Of a stretch of 64,000 nucleotides of DNA, positions 9,501 through 17,813 are shown piece by piece (the stretch's first letter is position 1; each line of letters opens with the position of its first letter). Under the pieces are notes generated by a model that was given only the letters and a program-made list of their open reading frames with translations, searched no databases and was not told the origin of the DNA. The position numbers and the translations under genes were made by a program. Source of the DNA: a virus; IMG/VR virus record IMGVR_UViG_3300009103_000003, positions 1-64,000 of that record; one strand, written 5' to 3'.

Positions 9501-10128
9501 TGATCTGGAGACAAGCACTGTTGATCCAAATTCCGGTGTAAAAACTGACGATGAATCGGGCGTTGCTGTTGTTCATGTACCTTTTGCTGTTAACGGTGGG
9601 GAGGAATATAACGAAATTCGGATACCTGAGGATCTCCTTCAAGAATCAAAATCATCCACGTCTGCTGCCAACGCTCTGGCGGATATTTGGTTAGGCCTAA
9701 AAGAGATCGGCGCGTCCACGGACCTATATATTGATACTTACATAGACCGGCAGTATGCGAGTATGTTAGATATTTTGGGTAATACTAACCCGGCCATTTG
9801 CCTCAAAATGTACCCCGCGCCCCCAGAGTACTCAGACCACCAACAAGGCTTGGAAGAAGTTAGAGGGTTTCACGGAGATGCTTTTGGGCCCTGGGAGAAC
9901 CTGAAGAAGGGCTTTCCAGAAGCAGAGAAGGACCAAGAATTGGTTGCTGAGACACTACCCAAGATAACTGACGACTCTGGGATGGAGCCACGAAAGATTG
10001 ATGGGACAATAGACCCAAGAAAAGTAAGGTATGAAAAGGTATTACAGTATATAAACGCTTTGCGTAATCAAGGATTCAGAAATCAAGGAGGCGAATATGA
10101 GTCGCACACCGGAGCCCCAGAATCGTAG
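6586..10128 (+). CDS. Baseplate hub protein (gp27 / Mu gp44 / late-control D-like) with insertions
   Basis: N-terminal LRLFMEGVECDITAVKVSCGVNQAASAVVTIP...LLFAGEVMGYSFRK...IILACQD and later RTMQLTLRYSPQIVAGMPALVLD...YLGVVAEIVHIID..GGAQTVVTL match hub-type folds. Position in the tail module fits. Confidence 0.65.
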   Translation: MEKVQGRQLGLRLFMEGVECDITAVKVSCGVNQAASAVVTIPAVDAAHQLEPRTLVHIFYFDSRWELGTDVAKSGGQISHGHQARHSDPAKAADAKNSGVAALLTDKNDWRNWKLLFAGEVMGYSFRKMGGRREIILACQDFTSYWDNCRLYWGRKKSSVFNSYKTAIFSGATQLYRGKSKVDSSNDLNKLLQKKPSAAPSVPGLLGGIFSLLESATGVFSPDAKKQFRGCNDFLSQAEIRLKLTRQIGASEKDDTSLAFTNSKSFKRYLRKLSKSVGYTASFMQFTNMLMGKIYHVWNSQTAPAYISDGAMIWTEVVVPANIKYKHSSEPGKLWKAIKATYDLANSHAADGLARKTGEGATALSRDELLWDGDKVAVGKHKEFDDLNTKTGIMSPKAGGTDKVIPIEKDPLRLKGEEIRQTLIEKAAGNKSVIRQANAIFDAYSAAAEARGRTAEMKAKQTGKGRPGYDEKESRTAEGLQHTQDDYFFVRRKCEEALKALSRATRTPTKTIKTKVELRDRLFTTYFHPDLFMAPPPKCNVIFPDHVQTISFSRNWMSEISRLWLHGRTASGRNKKDCYFSPNAQMLNGPGSKDCEDAVKKGASFVMNHEKYTGIIPSIVGLGDGDIFKKIHQKELKQAKKEFKEDEANKGKVFDSASVSGEAKFSPQPHLQRAANYMFFAQRYATRTMQLTLRYSPQIVAGMPALVLDPIRTKSRILAYSGEGSTRYPDNKDKRMYEGQVDLAGTPPGTHYLGVVAEIVHIIDVSGGAQTVVTLAKCREHNEGADIFKKPNADGTVTVQRTQRTTSWRKVPPPKGQDTDIANISKEGGSGGGTVTATSPDDAEAILGKRWSKGTRYRIKPRKDGEGEYKRAILPLDGEQLDSSGYCDQDGFYYDGAGNQIGSAEGVQVDVERLVVGRTKPKDVTFTWEATVMPPWFSSIYTPAKIGREFYQPMYGCSSILDDPPFRAVNKDDLETSTVDPNSGVKTDDESGVAVVHVPFAVNGGEEYNEIRIPEDLLQESKSSTSAANALADIWLGLKEIGASTDLYIDTYIDRQYASMLDILGNTNPAICLKMYPAPPEYSDHQQGLEEVRGFHGDAFGPWENLKKGFPEAEKDQELVAETLPKITDDSGMEPRKIDGTIDPRKVRYEKVLQYINALRNQGFRNQGGEYESHTGAPES

Positions 10129-10315
10129 CTCTGACAAAGAGGTATTAGAGAAACTTTTGGGCGTGGATACCACGCATGAGGCCCCCTCTGATAGTATTGG
10201 GTTTGATGATAGTATGCCCGTGATAGAAGAATCCTTTGGTCAAGGGGCCAACAAAAGGGTTTTATTAGTTACCAAAGGTCTTTCGTTGAAAAAGATCGTA
10301 GAAGCGTCTAAGTAG
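10097..10315 (+). CDS. Hypothetical protein (72 aa)
   Basis: Strong SD AAGGAGG 5 nt before the ATG; overlaps the hub 3' end by 32 nt. Confidence 0.65.
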   Translation: MSRTPEPQNRSSDKEVLEKLLGVDTTHEAPSDSIGFDDSMPVIEESFGQGANKRVLLVTKGLSLKKIVEASK

Positions 10316-10393
10316 AGTCTATGTTGTCATGACATATTGTTGCATAATAAAGGCCGAGTCGTTTAGGGGAGTATTGCTCCGGGAGGTACGTTT
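10316..10393 (+). promoter_or_regulatory. Intergenic region with perfect palindrome TGTCATGACA and CATAAT; candidate promoter/operator for the K-x-A cassette
   Basis: Largest clearly non-coding gap in the 51-kb + block. Palindrome at 10325-10334, CATAAT at 10343-10348, small GGAGT/GCTCC stem, SD GGGAGG. Confidence 0.45.
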
Positions 10394-10729
10394 ATGAACG
10401 TTACGGAAATACGTGATTCAAAGGTGAAACTTGCGATAAGTCTGCAAGCCGCCCTTGAAGCGTCGAAAAAGGGCGCGGCGAGCCTTGGAGCACAAGCCTC
10501 AAAAGCAGGTGCTTTCGCCACTAAACATAAGAAACTTATTGGGGGTACCGCTGCTGGTATAGGTACCGCCGCATTATTAGCAAAATTGCTAAAAGCCAAG
10601 AAAGGCGCTAATGCCCTTTCAAAGTCAAAACTGACAGCTTTGCTCAAAAAGCATAAAAAGCCCCTCATGGTCGGGGGCGGTGCGGTAGCTGGCGCTGCCG
10701 GTTTAGGTGCACTTCTCTCAAACAAGTAA
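10394..10729 (+). CDS. Basic Ala/Lys/Gly-rich protein with K-L-A leader and two hydrophobic Gly/Ala segments; putative internal virion protein
   Basis: SD GGGAGG. VKLA at aa 11-14. LIGGTAAGIGTAALLAKLL and LMVGGGAVAGAAGLGALL segments. Confidence 0.75.
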   Translation: MNVTEIRDSKVKLAISLQAALEASKKGAASLGAQASKAGAFATKHKKLIGGTAAGIGTAALLAKLLKAKKGANALSKSKLTALLKKHKKPLMVGGGAVAGAAGLGALLSNK

Positions 10730-10762
10730 TTTTACTACATTAACCGTAAAGGGGTTAGAAAC

Positions 10763-11368
10763 ATGTTAGATCCGAATCGCAGAAGAAATTTAGAAATCGT
10801 CATCCACGAGGAACTCGAAAAGCAGGCTATGCTTTCAGGCCTCGTTGCTGCTGGTAAAGGCATTGGTATGGGTGCCAGTGCTGCTGGTAAAGGCATTGCT
10901 GCCGGTGCCAGAGGGGCAAAAGCTCTCGGCGCTGGAGCCGCTCGTCTTGGTAGCAAGGCACTCAAAGCCGAAGGAGCAGCCTGGAGTTCTCTTGGAAAGA
11001 ACGTAGCCAACCAAGCAAGCAAGGCAGGCCAATGGGGCAGCAAGAATATTATTGCTCCCGCTAAGTCGGCTTTACAGACTGGGTACAAGACCATGAAGGG
11101 CCATGCTACTGCTGCTGGCAAGGCGCTTAGCGGTGCCGCAACAAGCACAGGAAACGCTCTGACTGCTGCACGTAAGGCAACTTTGGCTAGAGGCGCACAG
11201 GGGCTGGCCGCTACCAAGGCTGGTGGTAAAGCTACTGGCTCAGCACTGCTTCGTGGTGGTAAGGCAACTGGTGCAGCATTGACCTCACCTACCGCTAAGA
11301 AGATTGGTGCCGAGGCCGCTCGTCTTGGCGCTGGTGGTGCTGCTGGTTACGGCGCGTCAAAGTTATAA
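10763..11368 (+). CDS. Basic Ala/Gly/Lys-rich protein with EELEKQA leader; putative internal virion protein
   Basis: Charged leader ending in EKQA (aa 19-22), then AAGKG-type repeats including a 33-bp DNA repeat at 10847-10912. Confidence 0.75.
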   Translation: MLDPNRRRNLEIVIHEELEKQAMLSGLVAAGKGIGMGASAAGKGIAAGARGAKALGAGAARLGSKALKAEGAAWSSLGKNVANQASKAGQWGSKNIIAPAKSALQTGYKTMKGHATAAGKALSGAATSTGNALTAARKATLARGAQGLAATKAGGKATGSALLRGGKATGAALTSPTAKKIGAEAARLGAGGAAGYGASKL

Positions 11369-11384
11369 CCTAGGCGTAGGATTT

Positions 11385-12275
11385 ATGTTGGCTGTGGCAG
11401 ACCCAGTATCGGAATTTCTTAAGTACGCAGGGGATACTCAAGTACGAGCACACTCCAGGCGAACCAATGGGAAAGTTGTATCTGTAAGACAGCACACCCG
11501 AGAAGACGATGACGATGTTGGCAACAGCACAGACAAAGAACTTTCCACGTTCAACGCTTTAGACGACTTAGACGCTAAGAAAAGTCGAGAGCTAGAATTG
11601 TGGAAAAGGTGGAAAGCCAATGGGGAGGGGCCGGAAGATCTTCGGCCTCTCCTCAAAAGCTTCCGACCCATGATCCGGTCAAAGGTAAATGTATATAAGG
11701 GTAAGGTGAAGATGATTCCCGACTCCGCTATAGAGTCCGAATTCCAGCTTCGTTTTGTGGATGCCTTGCGATCCTACGACCCCGAGAAGGGGTCTTTGGG
11801 GACCTATATATTTCGCTATTTAGATAAAGCAAAACGCTTTATCGTTGAGAACCAAAACATTGGTCGAATCCCTGAAAACAGGGTGTATAAAATCAAACAG
11901 TTCTCGGTTGCACGGGACGAGTTGGCTGAAGATCTTGGCCGAACTCCCGTCACCAAGGAAATCTCCGAACGCTTAGGTTGGTCATTGGCCGAGACCGGGC
12001 GGATGGAGGCAGAGCTACGGAACGACCTTCTGTCACAAGGATTTGAGGACGATCCCTATGCGTTAGCCCCCTCTAAGTCAGAGGAGGTCTTGCGCCTATT
12101 TAAGTACGAATTAACCGGTAATGAACGCGAAGTTTACGAGTACCTGACTGGACACGGTAAGCCGCAAACATCTTCCACAGGTGATATTGCTCGTGCCATG
12201 AAGATCCCCGATTACCAAGTCAGCCGACTGAAGAACACTATTAAAAAGAAACTTCAGCGTTACCTTACGGAGTAG
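11385..12275 (+). CDS. RNA polymerase sigma-70-family factor (group 3, FliA/SigB-like) with N-terminal extension
   Basis: Region 2 (LLKSFRPMIRS...FVDALRSYDPEKGSLGTYIFRYL), region 3 (IGRIPE...ELAEDLGRTPVTKEISERLGWS) and region 4 HTH (LTGNEREVYEYL...STGDIARAMKIPDYQVSRLKNTIKKKL). Start moved from 11304 to the ATG at 11385, after the upstream stop and with SD AGGA. Confidence 0.9.
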   Translation: MLAVADPVSEFLKYAGDTQVRAHSRRTNGKVVSVRQHTREDDDDVGNSTDKELSTFNALDDLDAKKSRELELWKRWKANGEGPEDLRPLLKSFRPMIRSKVNVYKGKVKMIPDSAIESEFQLRFVDALRSYDPEKGSLGTYIFRYLDKAKRFIVENQNIGRIPENRVYKIKQFSVARDELAEDLGRTPVTKEISERLGWSLAETGRMEAELRNDLLSQGFEDDPYALAPSKSEEVLRLFKYELTGNEREVYEYLTGHGKPQTSSTGDIARAMKIPDYQVSRLKNTIKKKLQRYLTE

Positions 12276-12278
12276 ACA

Positions 12279-13451
12279 ATGGACGACGAAAAAAGATTAC
12301 TCACATCAATTAAGAGTATGGACAGGGCCGCTGAATTAACGAAGCACGCAAAGCTTAGTGTTAGCGATGTTGAGGATGACCTCGGCATCTACCTGTCAGA
12401 CAAAGATGAGACCAAGGTTCGTCGTCTAATCAAAGAGCGCACAGGCAAGTCTTTCGCTATGCGCCACCCATTGCTTACGGGTATCCCTACTTTAGGTATT
12501 GCTCCTGCGGTTGCGAAAGCTAACGCAAAGGAGAAGATCATCCGGCGACTGGCCAGGGATGACGTTAAACTTCGTGGTGAAATGGCGGCTGCTAAAGACA
12601 AGCGCAGAGCAGAAGCCCTAGAAGAATATAAGGCAACTACTGAACGCGACAAGGCGAACCAAGCCTCTCGCGCAGCAGGAGCACTCGGTAGATCGGGTGT
12701 TGAGATTGCTGCATTATTAGCTGCTAGTAAGCGAGCAAACATGCAGAAGGAATCCGCTGCTAAGGCGACGTTTTCTCCCGCGATGGATAAGAGCCCCGCT
12801 TTAAAGGGTAAGCAGTCCAAGCTCCCAGATAAGATTCAAGCAGGCATTCTTAAGAAGAAGATGAAGAAAAAAGAGGCGGCTGTTGTACGCAGCGGCCTTA
12901 TTCAAGCATCGGAAGCTCTCTACACAGATCTCTACGCTAAGCGTGGACTCGAAAAACGCGCTAATCCTTTTGCTGCAATGTTTCCCTCGCTTACTCGTGG
13001 CGCAGGAAAATGGGCTGCTGGCGGTGCCGCCCTTGGCGGCTTAGGCGCGGGCGCTCGCCGCCTTTCTCAGTTACGGGAATTAGCCGCCTCCGGTGGCCGA
13101 GGGAAGTGGGCCAAGGACTGGCACAAGGCTATGGCCGAGAAGAGTGTAGCCGCAAAAGCCGGTGAAACATACACAATGCCTGGAAGGCTTGCACAAGAAT
13201 CACAATTCTTGAAAGCCCAAAAAGGACTCAAAGGAAAAGCTTTTGCTGATGCCCCGATGGAGTACTTGAAGGCTTACGGGCCGGAAGTAGCCAAGGCTAT
13301 GCTGGAAGGCGGTGGCGCAGCAGCGCTTGCTGGCGGTGCATCTCGTATGGCTGCAAATTGGGCGAGACGTAAGAAGATGATGGATACTGCTAAAGCAGTC
13401 GCTGTTCCGGCTGCTCTGGGCCTTGGTGGATATGCGCTACTCAAAGATTAA
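12279..13451 (+). CDS. Basic modular protein with several K-x-A junctions; putative internal virion polyprotein
   Basis: TKHA (aa 21-24), KKEA and LEKRA separate compositionally distinct segments. Gly/Ala hydrophobic stretches in the C-terminal third. Confidence 0.75.
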   Translation: MDDEKRLLTSIKSMDRAAELTKHAKLSVSDVEDDLGIYLSDKDETKVRRLIKERTGKSFAMRHPLLTGIPTLGIAPAVAKANAKEKIIRRLARDDVKLRGEMAAAKDKRRAEALEEYKATTERDKANQASRAAGALGRSGVEIAALLAASKRANMQKESAAKATFSPAMDKSPALKGKQSKLPDKIQAGILKKKMKKKEAAVVRSGLIQASEALYTDLYAKRGLEKRANPFAAMFPSLTRGAGKWAAGGAALGGLGAGARRLSQLRELAASGGRGKWAKDWHKAMAEKSVAAKAGETYTMPGRLAQESQFLKAQKGLKGKAFADAPMEYLKAYGPEVAKAMLEGGGAAALAGGASRMAANWARRKKMMDTAKAVAVPAALGLGGYALLKD

Positions 13452-13465
13452 TGGGGGAGGCGTAA

Positions 13466-13834
13466 ATGCTACCGAGGAATGTGGACTACATAACGAAGCT
13501 CGCTGAGGGTGGATACCTAGATAAAGTTATCTCTGCGTTTACTCGTGTATTCGGTGGGGCAAAATCACAAGGTACCAAGAGTACCGATGCGCCTTCCGCG
13601 CCAAGACCCGCACCGGTTATTAGGCCCTACCCCGATCCTGCGCCCCAAACAAGCACTGGCCAACTAAAGACAGATACCAAAACACGGGTTCTTAGTCCTA
13701 TGGAAAGAACTCGGATGCGTAATGCCTTTAAGAGTAAGCAACTGAAACGCCTGGAAGGGAAAGTCACTACGGGCACTGGGTTAAGAAGGGCCGAGGCAGC
13801 AAGGAAAGCACTGGGGGTGCCCAGTGGCAGATGA
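13466..13834 (+). CDS. Basic protein with TKLA leader
   Basis: SD GGGAGG; YITKLA at aa 8-13; R/K-rich remainder. Confidence 0.75.
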   Translation: MLPRNVDYITKLAEGGYLDKVISAFTRVFGGAKSQGTKSTDAPSAPRPAPVIRPYPDPAPQTSTGQLKTDTKTRVLSPMERTRMRNAFKSKQLKRLEGKVTTGTGLRRAEAARKALGVPSGR

Positions 13835-14069
13835 ACCAGTTTCGACAGCACCTGAGAATAAAAACGAACTTCTAGCGAAGCTTCGGGATCAGGTAAAAGA
13901 ATATGTTACCTCAGAGAAGCTTCGGCTAATCACTGAGCGCACATTTTTGAAGTCTGTTTTGGAAAGTAGCTTAGGTAGTCCAGAGGCCAAGGAAAAGAAG
14001 TATAATGAGGTCGTAGTAATAGAGAACGTCAAGAAGTTGATTGGCATAGTCAATCCAACTAATAAGTGA
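13824..14069 (+). CDS. Hypothetical helical protein (81 aa)
   Basis: GTG start overlapping the previous gene's 3' end; fills the gap; helical composition. Confidence 0.65.
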   Translation: MADEPVSTAPENKNELLAKLRDQVKEYVTSEKLRLITERTFLKSVLESSLGSPEAKEKKYNEVVVIENVKKLIGIVNPTNK

Positions 14070-14081
14070 GCGAACCGATAA

Positions 14082-16028
14082 ATGAAGGCGATATTAAAAA
14101 CAGAGAGAACGTTACCGTTCTTTGATTCCGCAGCCGAGATTGGCCTAGACCCGTTTGTGCTCCAAATTTTGGACCCTACTGGTGTCGAGGTGGCCGTTTT
14201 GGCTATGAATCAAGTAGTATCTGCCCCTAACTTGTTCTTAAGCGACGCCTTCTCGCCCCAAGATCTTGGGCAATACCAACTGATCTATAAATATGGGGAC
14301 CCACTAGCCCCTATTTTTTACACCACTCTTGAAGTTGGCGCGGCACCTATTTCCGATTTCCCGTTAGGCACCCCGGTAGACATTGTATTAGACGATAATA
14401 TCCTCGGTGGCCCAGGGCAACCAATCACCGCGCACCTATATGATGGCGCTGGGCAGTCACTTTCTGCCACCAGTTTCGCTTCGTTTATCGGTGACGAGCC
14501 GATAACAACTATACCAGTTAGTAATAATGACTCGTTGACCCTGCAAGTACTCCCCGATCCCAATGCGGTCGGAGCCCAAACTGTCACATTTTTGTGCGCG
14601 TCTACTGTGGCAGTCGGAGGGGCGGCTGGGAACTATGCAGGGACCAGCGCGGGGGATACCGCTACCTACCAAATTGATGGCGGTATTCCTCGAACATTGG
14701 ACCTTAGCGCAGTAGCGGCTGGACAAGTCAACTACATCAACGCCCTAAACGCACAGCTTCGCGGGGCATCTGCCAGGGATGATGGTGGAGGCATAACAAC
14801 TCTCGTCACGGATAGCCAAGGCTCCAGTTCTGAGATCGTACTATCAAATTTTGGTGGGACATTTGGAGCTAATACGGGCCTCTCAGAGGCTACCTACGCG
14901 GCCAATGGCGCTGCCAACAACGTAGGCGACAGTGACGCAGTAACCTTCTTAGAATTGAAGCTGCTCATTGAGACGGGCGTTATGGATGGGGCTCAGGGCG
15001 ACCGTGTTCTAGTGACCCTAGAAGAAGACACAGACAACTTAGTGCTTAGTGCGACAAGTGGTGTCGCAGGAAACCTAAGCCAAATAGATTTGACGGCGGG
15101 GACAGCGTCTGTTCTTTCCTCCCTTGGACTTACGTCATTAGGGACACAAGGTGGCGGACTTGCCGCAATCGGGTCTGATGGAATAAGCGTCCAAGCTCTT
15201 TATTCTGCACTGGTTGATGGGTACGTCATCCAGAATAAGACATTTAACGCAGCACAAGAGGTTTTCGTTGTTTGGTTAAACAATAACGTACAGACCTATA
15301 TGACTGACTATCTTATTACGTCCTCAACGGACACCGAGGTAGTCAACGTATACGCCGCCGAGATAAACCCAACGTACCCGAATGGGAACCCACATATAGC
15401 TGCAACAGTAATTGCGAGCACCCCTGCGGGCGTCCAAATTACTCAAGGAGTTACGGATGTTTCTGGGTACGTTCGGTTAGAGCTTCCTCCTGGGGATCAC
15501 ATTCTCACACTAAGCAAGGCGAACACTGTTTTTTCGCTGAACAATTTCGAGAAGGAAGTCTTCAACTCGTCTGTCGTTCCCGCAGATGATAAGTTGTACT
15601 CTCCTCCCGGAGCATCCGACGTTCAAGCAATCCAACTTATTACAGATAAGTTTAATCCAACAATTACCGCACCACCGGCCCCCGCAGATATGTGTACGCT
15701 ATTTGCGACGCTTTATTTGATGGATGGAACCCCGCTGAGGCACGCAGCAATTAACGTAGGGTTACTGGACAGGCCGCAACTATACTCTGGGACTGCTGTT
15801 ATAGACTCCCAAAAAATCTATAAGACAGACTCAAATGGTTACGTGGAGTTTTCTATTGTGCAGGGCCTCCAGATTGAGGTGAACATAGCTCCGCTATCTG
15901 TACGTCGCAGAATAACGGTTCCTAGTTCAGCAGGACCGGTAAACATAATGACATTGCTGTCGTCAGCAGACGATCCGTTTGACATTATTACGCCCAATAT
16001 TGTTGCTGCACCAAAGAGGACACTATGA
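14082..16028 (+). CDS. Beta-rich virion structural protein with C-terminal carboxypeptidase-regulatory-like (prealbumin-fold) domains
   Basis: Acidic G/T/S/V-rich sequence. TDVSGYVRLELPPGDHILTL and TDSNGYVEFSIVQG motifs. Paralogous to 19264-20229. Confidence 0.65.
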   Translation: MKAILKTERTLPFFDSAAEIGLDPFVLQILDPTGVEVAVLAMNQVVSAPNLFLSDAFSPQDLGQYQLIYKYGDPLAPIFYTTLEVGAAPISDFPLGTPVDIVLDDNILGGPGQPITAHLYDGAGQSLSATSFASFIGDEPITTIPVSNNDSLTLQVLPDPNAVGAQTVTFLCASTVAVGGAAGNYAGTSAGDTATYQIDGGIPRTLDLSAVAAGQVNYINALNAQLRGASARDDGGGITTLVTDSQGSSSEIVLSNFGGTFGANTGLSEATYAANGAANNVGDSDAVTFLELKLLIETGVMDGAQGDRVLVTLEEDTDNLVLSATSGVAGNLSQIDLTAGTASVLSSLGLTSLGTQGGGLAAIGSDGISVQALYSALVDGYVIQNKTFNAAQEVFVVWLNNNVQTYMTDYLITSSTDTEVVNVYAAEINPTYPNGNPHIAATVIASTPAGVQITQGVTDVSGYVRLELPPGDHILTLSKANTVFSLNNFEKEVFNSSVVPADDKLYSPPGASDVQAIQLITDKFNPTITAPPAPADMCTLFATLYLMDGTPLRHAAINVGLLDRPQLYSGTAVIDSQKIYKTDSNGYVEFSIVQGLQIEVNIAPLSVRRRITVPSSAGPVNIMTLLSSADDPFDIITPNIVAAPKRTL

Positions 16029-17812
16029 GCAGTAATATTGATAAAGGCGCTGCGCTTGAGATTATGCGCCACACAGTTAAGGTTGCTGCTGCTCCCGCAG
16101 TTGGCGGGCTTGCAGGCGCTCCTGCCCCTGAGCCCGGACCACTGAATCCGGGCGGTGGCGGAACGCAAGGCGGCTCGAATAACCCTCAGATGCAGACTGG
16201 CTGGGCCTCTGGGAAAATGCGACAGGCCCTCATTAAGAGGTTCACAGCAAACGCTGCCAACAAGATGAAGCAGAGCGTGAGCACTGCGGCAGGACGCCAG
16301 AACACGGTAGGTGGCATGGGGTCTGGAATGCCTAAGATGGCATCTATCGGTGGTCAGTTAGAGAAGCGTGCCTGGGGGCCACTCAAGCTTGTCGGTGGTG
16401 CTGGCAAAGCCTTATGGGGTGGTGCCCGCGCCTTGTTTGGGGGCAGTAAAGCTGCGCCAGCAGTTGCTAGGCAGGGTGACCTTTTTCGAAAAGCTATCCC
16501 AACAGCACAAGAAGCTCGCGCCGCCGCTCAAGCAGCAGAAAGAGCGCGTAAGGCCAAACAGGTTGCGGATACGGCTGAGAAAGTAAGAAGGTCTAGGTTA
16601 CTAGACCTAAACCGTAACGTCGGTCCTGGCGGGCAGATGGCGTTTAACTTTGGTAATAAATCCAGAGCCGGTAGAATTCTAGACAGTGCGCAACGCGCCT
16701 TCAGAGGCTCTCGCGCTGGACAGGCCACACAAAAGGCTACGAAGACCGTTACTGAGGCTGCTAAGAGAGAAACAGCCGCAGCCAGGGCTCTTGGGAGAGG
16801 CTCCACCTACACTGAGCCTGCTGGCCAGGGCCTAAAGCATTGGGCATTCCACCGAGGCTCTGGGCTTAGAAATATCTGGCGAAACAAGGAGACTGGTGAG
16901 CTTGTTCGCGGGTCTCGTGGGTACTTCCGCCGACCCCCCGAAGGGTTTGAGAAGTTTAAGAGCTTTACTCAAACGGGTGGTTACGGAAACCGTGCGATAA
17001 AGAACACGCTTGCCGCTACAGGCACTTTGGGGGCTACGGGGTATGGGGCCTCCTATCTTGCGAACCCAACTGGTTGGCGGGATAAGGAAACCGGTAAAAC
17101 TCGCATCATAGCCAACCTTACCGATCCACGCAGGCTGGATATGGCTGGTGGGGCCGCAACCCTTGGGGTAGGAGCCACACTGCCGGGGATGGCGTACACA
17201 GGGTACGACATGTTTACCGGTGGTCCCTTACATAAACAATTTATGAAGGGCACAGCCAGCGGCATCGCGTTAGCAAATTCGCCGGGAGGGATCTCTTATT
17301 CTCGCGGCAGGGGCCAAGGCGGCGCAACATACACGGACGTATTGAACAACCTAAGCCCCACCTCGGATAAACTCGAATCCCAAAAACATATCGACATCCT
17401 AAATAAAAACGAGCCCGCAAACAAAAAGAAGGCTGACGAGTACTACAAGGCTCTAGACAAGAAGATTGATTCTTCAGGGGGCGGGCCTACAGGGATGCTT
17501 CTTCCTGGCAAGCGGCAGGATAGACAACTAGCTAGTACTCGTGGGACCAGTAAACCGGTTACCGTTGGCGATGGATCTCAACAAGCCTTGCGCACAGGGG
17601 ACGCACTGCGGAGAGCATCCGCAAAGAAACCCAGTAAGCCAACATTTACAGACGTAGCAGTAGGCAACCTAGACCCAACAGGGACTAAAATTTTCCGAGG
17701 CGCTGCGCAAAAGCTCAAGCCACCCAAGGAGAACCGGGTAGCGAAGTTACAAGCTAAAAAGAGAAAGCTTACGAAAGCAATGGCGAACTCAAAACCCTTA
17801 ACGGTGGCATGA
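16025..17812 (+). CDS. Very basic Gly/Ala/Arg/Lys-rich protein with K-x-A junctions; putative internal/ejected protein
   Basis: VKVA (aa 18-21), PKMA and LEKRA, then amphipathic WGPLKLVGGAGKALWGGARALFGG. Two WRxKETG motifs. Confidence 0.75.
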   Translation: MSSNIDKGAALEIMRHTVKVAAAPAVGGLAGAPAPEPGPLNPGGGGTQGGSNNPQMQTGWASGKMRQALIKRFTANAANKMKQSVSTAAGRQNTVGGMGSGMPKMASIGGQLEKRAWGPLKLVGGAGKALWGGARALFGGSKAAPAVARQGDLFRKAIPTAQEARAAAQAAERARKAKQVADTAEKVRRSRLLDLNRNVGPGGQMAFNFGNKSRAGRILDSAQRAFRGSRAGQATQKATKTVTEAAKRETAAARALGRGSTYTEPAGQGLKHWAFHRGSGLRNIWRNKETGELVRGSRGYFRRPPEGFEKFKSFTQTGGYGNRAIKNTLAATGTLGATGYGASYLANPTGWRDKETGKTRIIANLTDPRRLDMAGGAATLGVGATLPGMAYTGYDMFTGGPLHKQFMKGTASGIALANSPGGISYSRGRGQGGATYTDVLNNLSPTSDKLESQKHIDILNKNEPANKKKADEYYKALDKKIDSSGGGPTGMLLPGKRQDRQLASTRGTSKPVTVGDGSQQALRTGDALRRASAKKPSKPTFTDVAVGNLDPTGTKIFRGAAQKLKPPKENRVAKLQAKKRKLTKAMANSKPLTVA

Positions 17813-17813
17813 C

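Noticed and set aside
11304-11384. Longer sigma start (11304) giving a hydrophobic N-terminal anchor
   Set aside because: It overlaps the 3' end of 10763-11368 out of frame. The ATG at 11385 follows the stop and has an SD.
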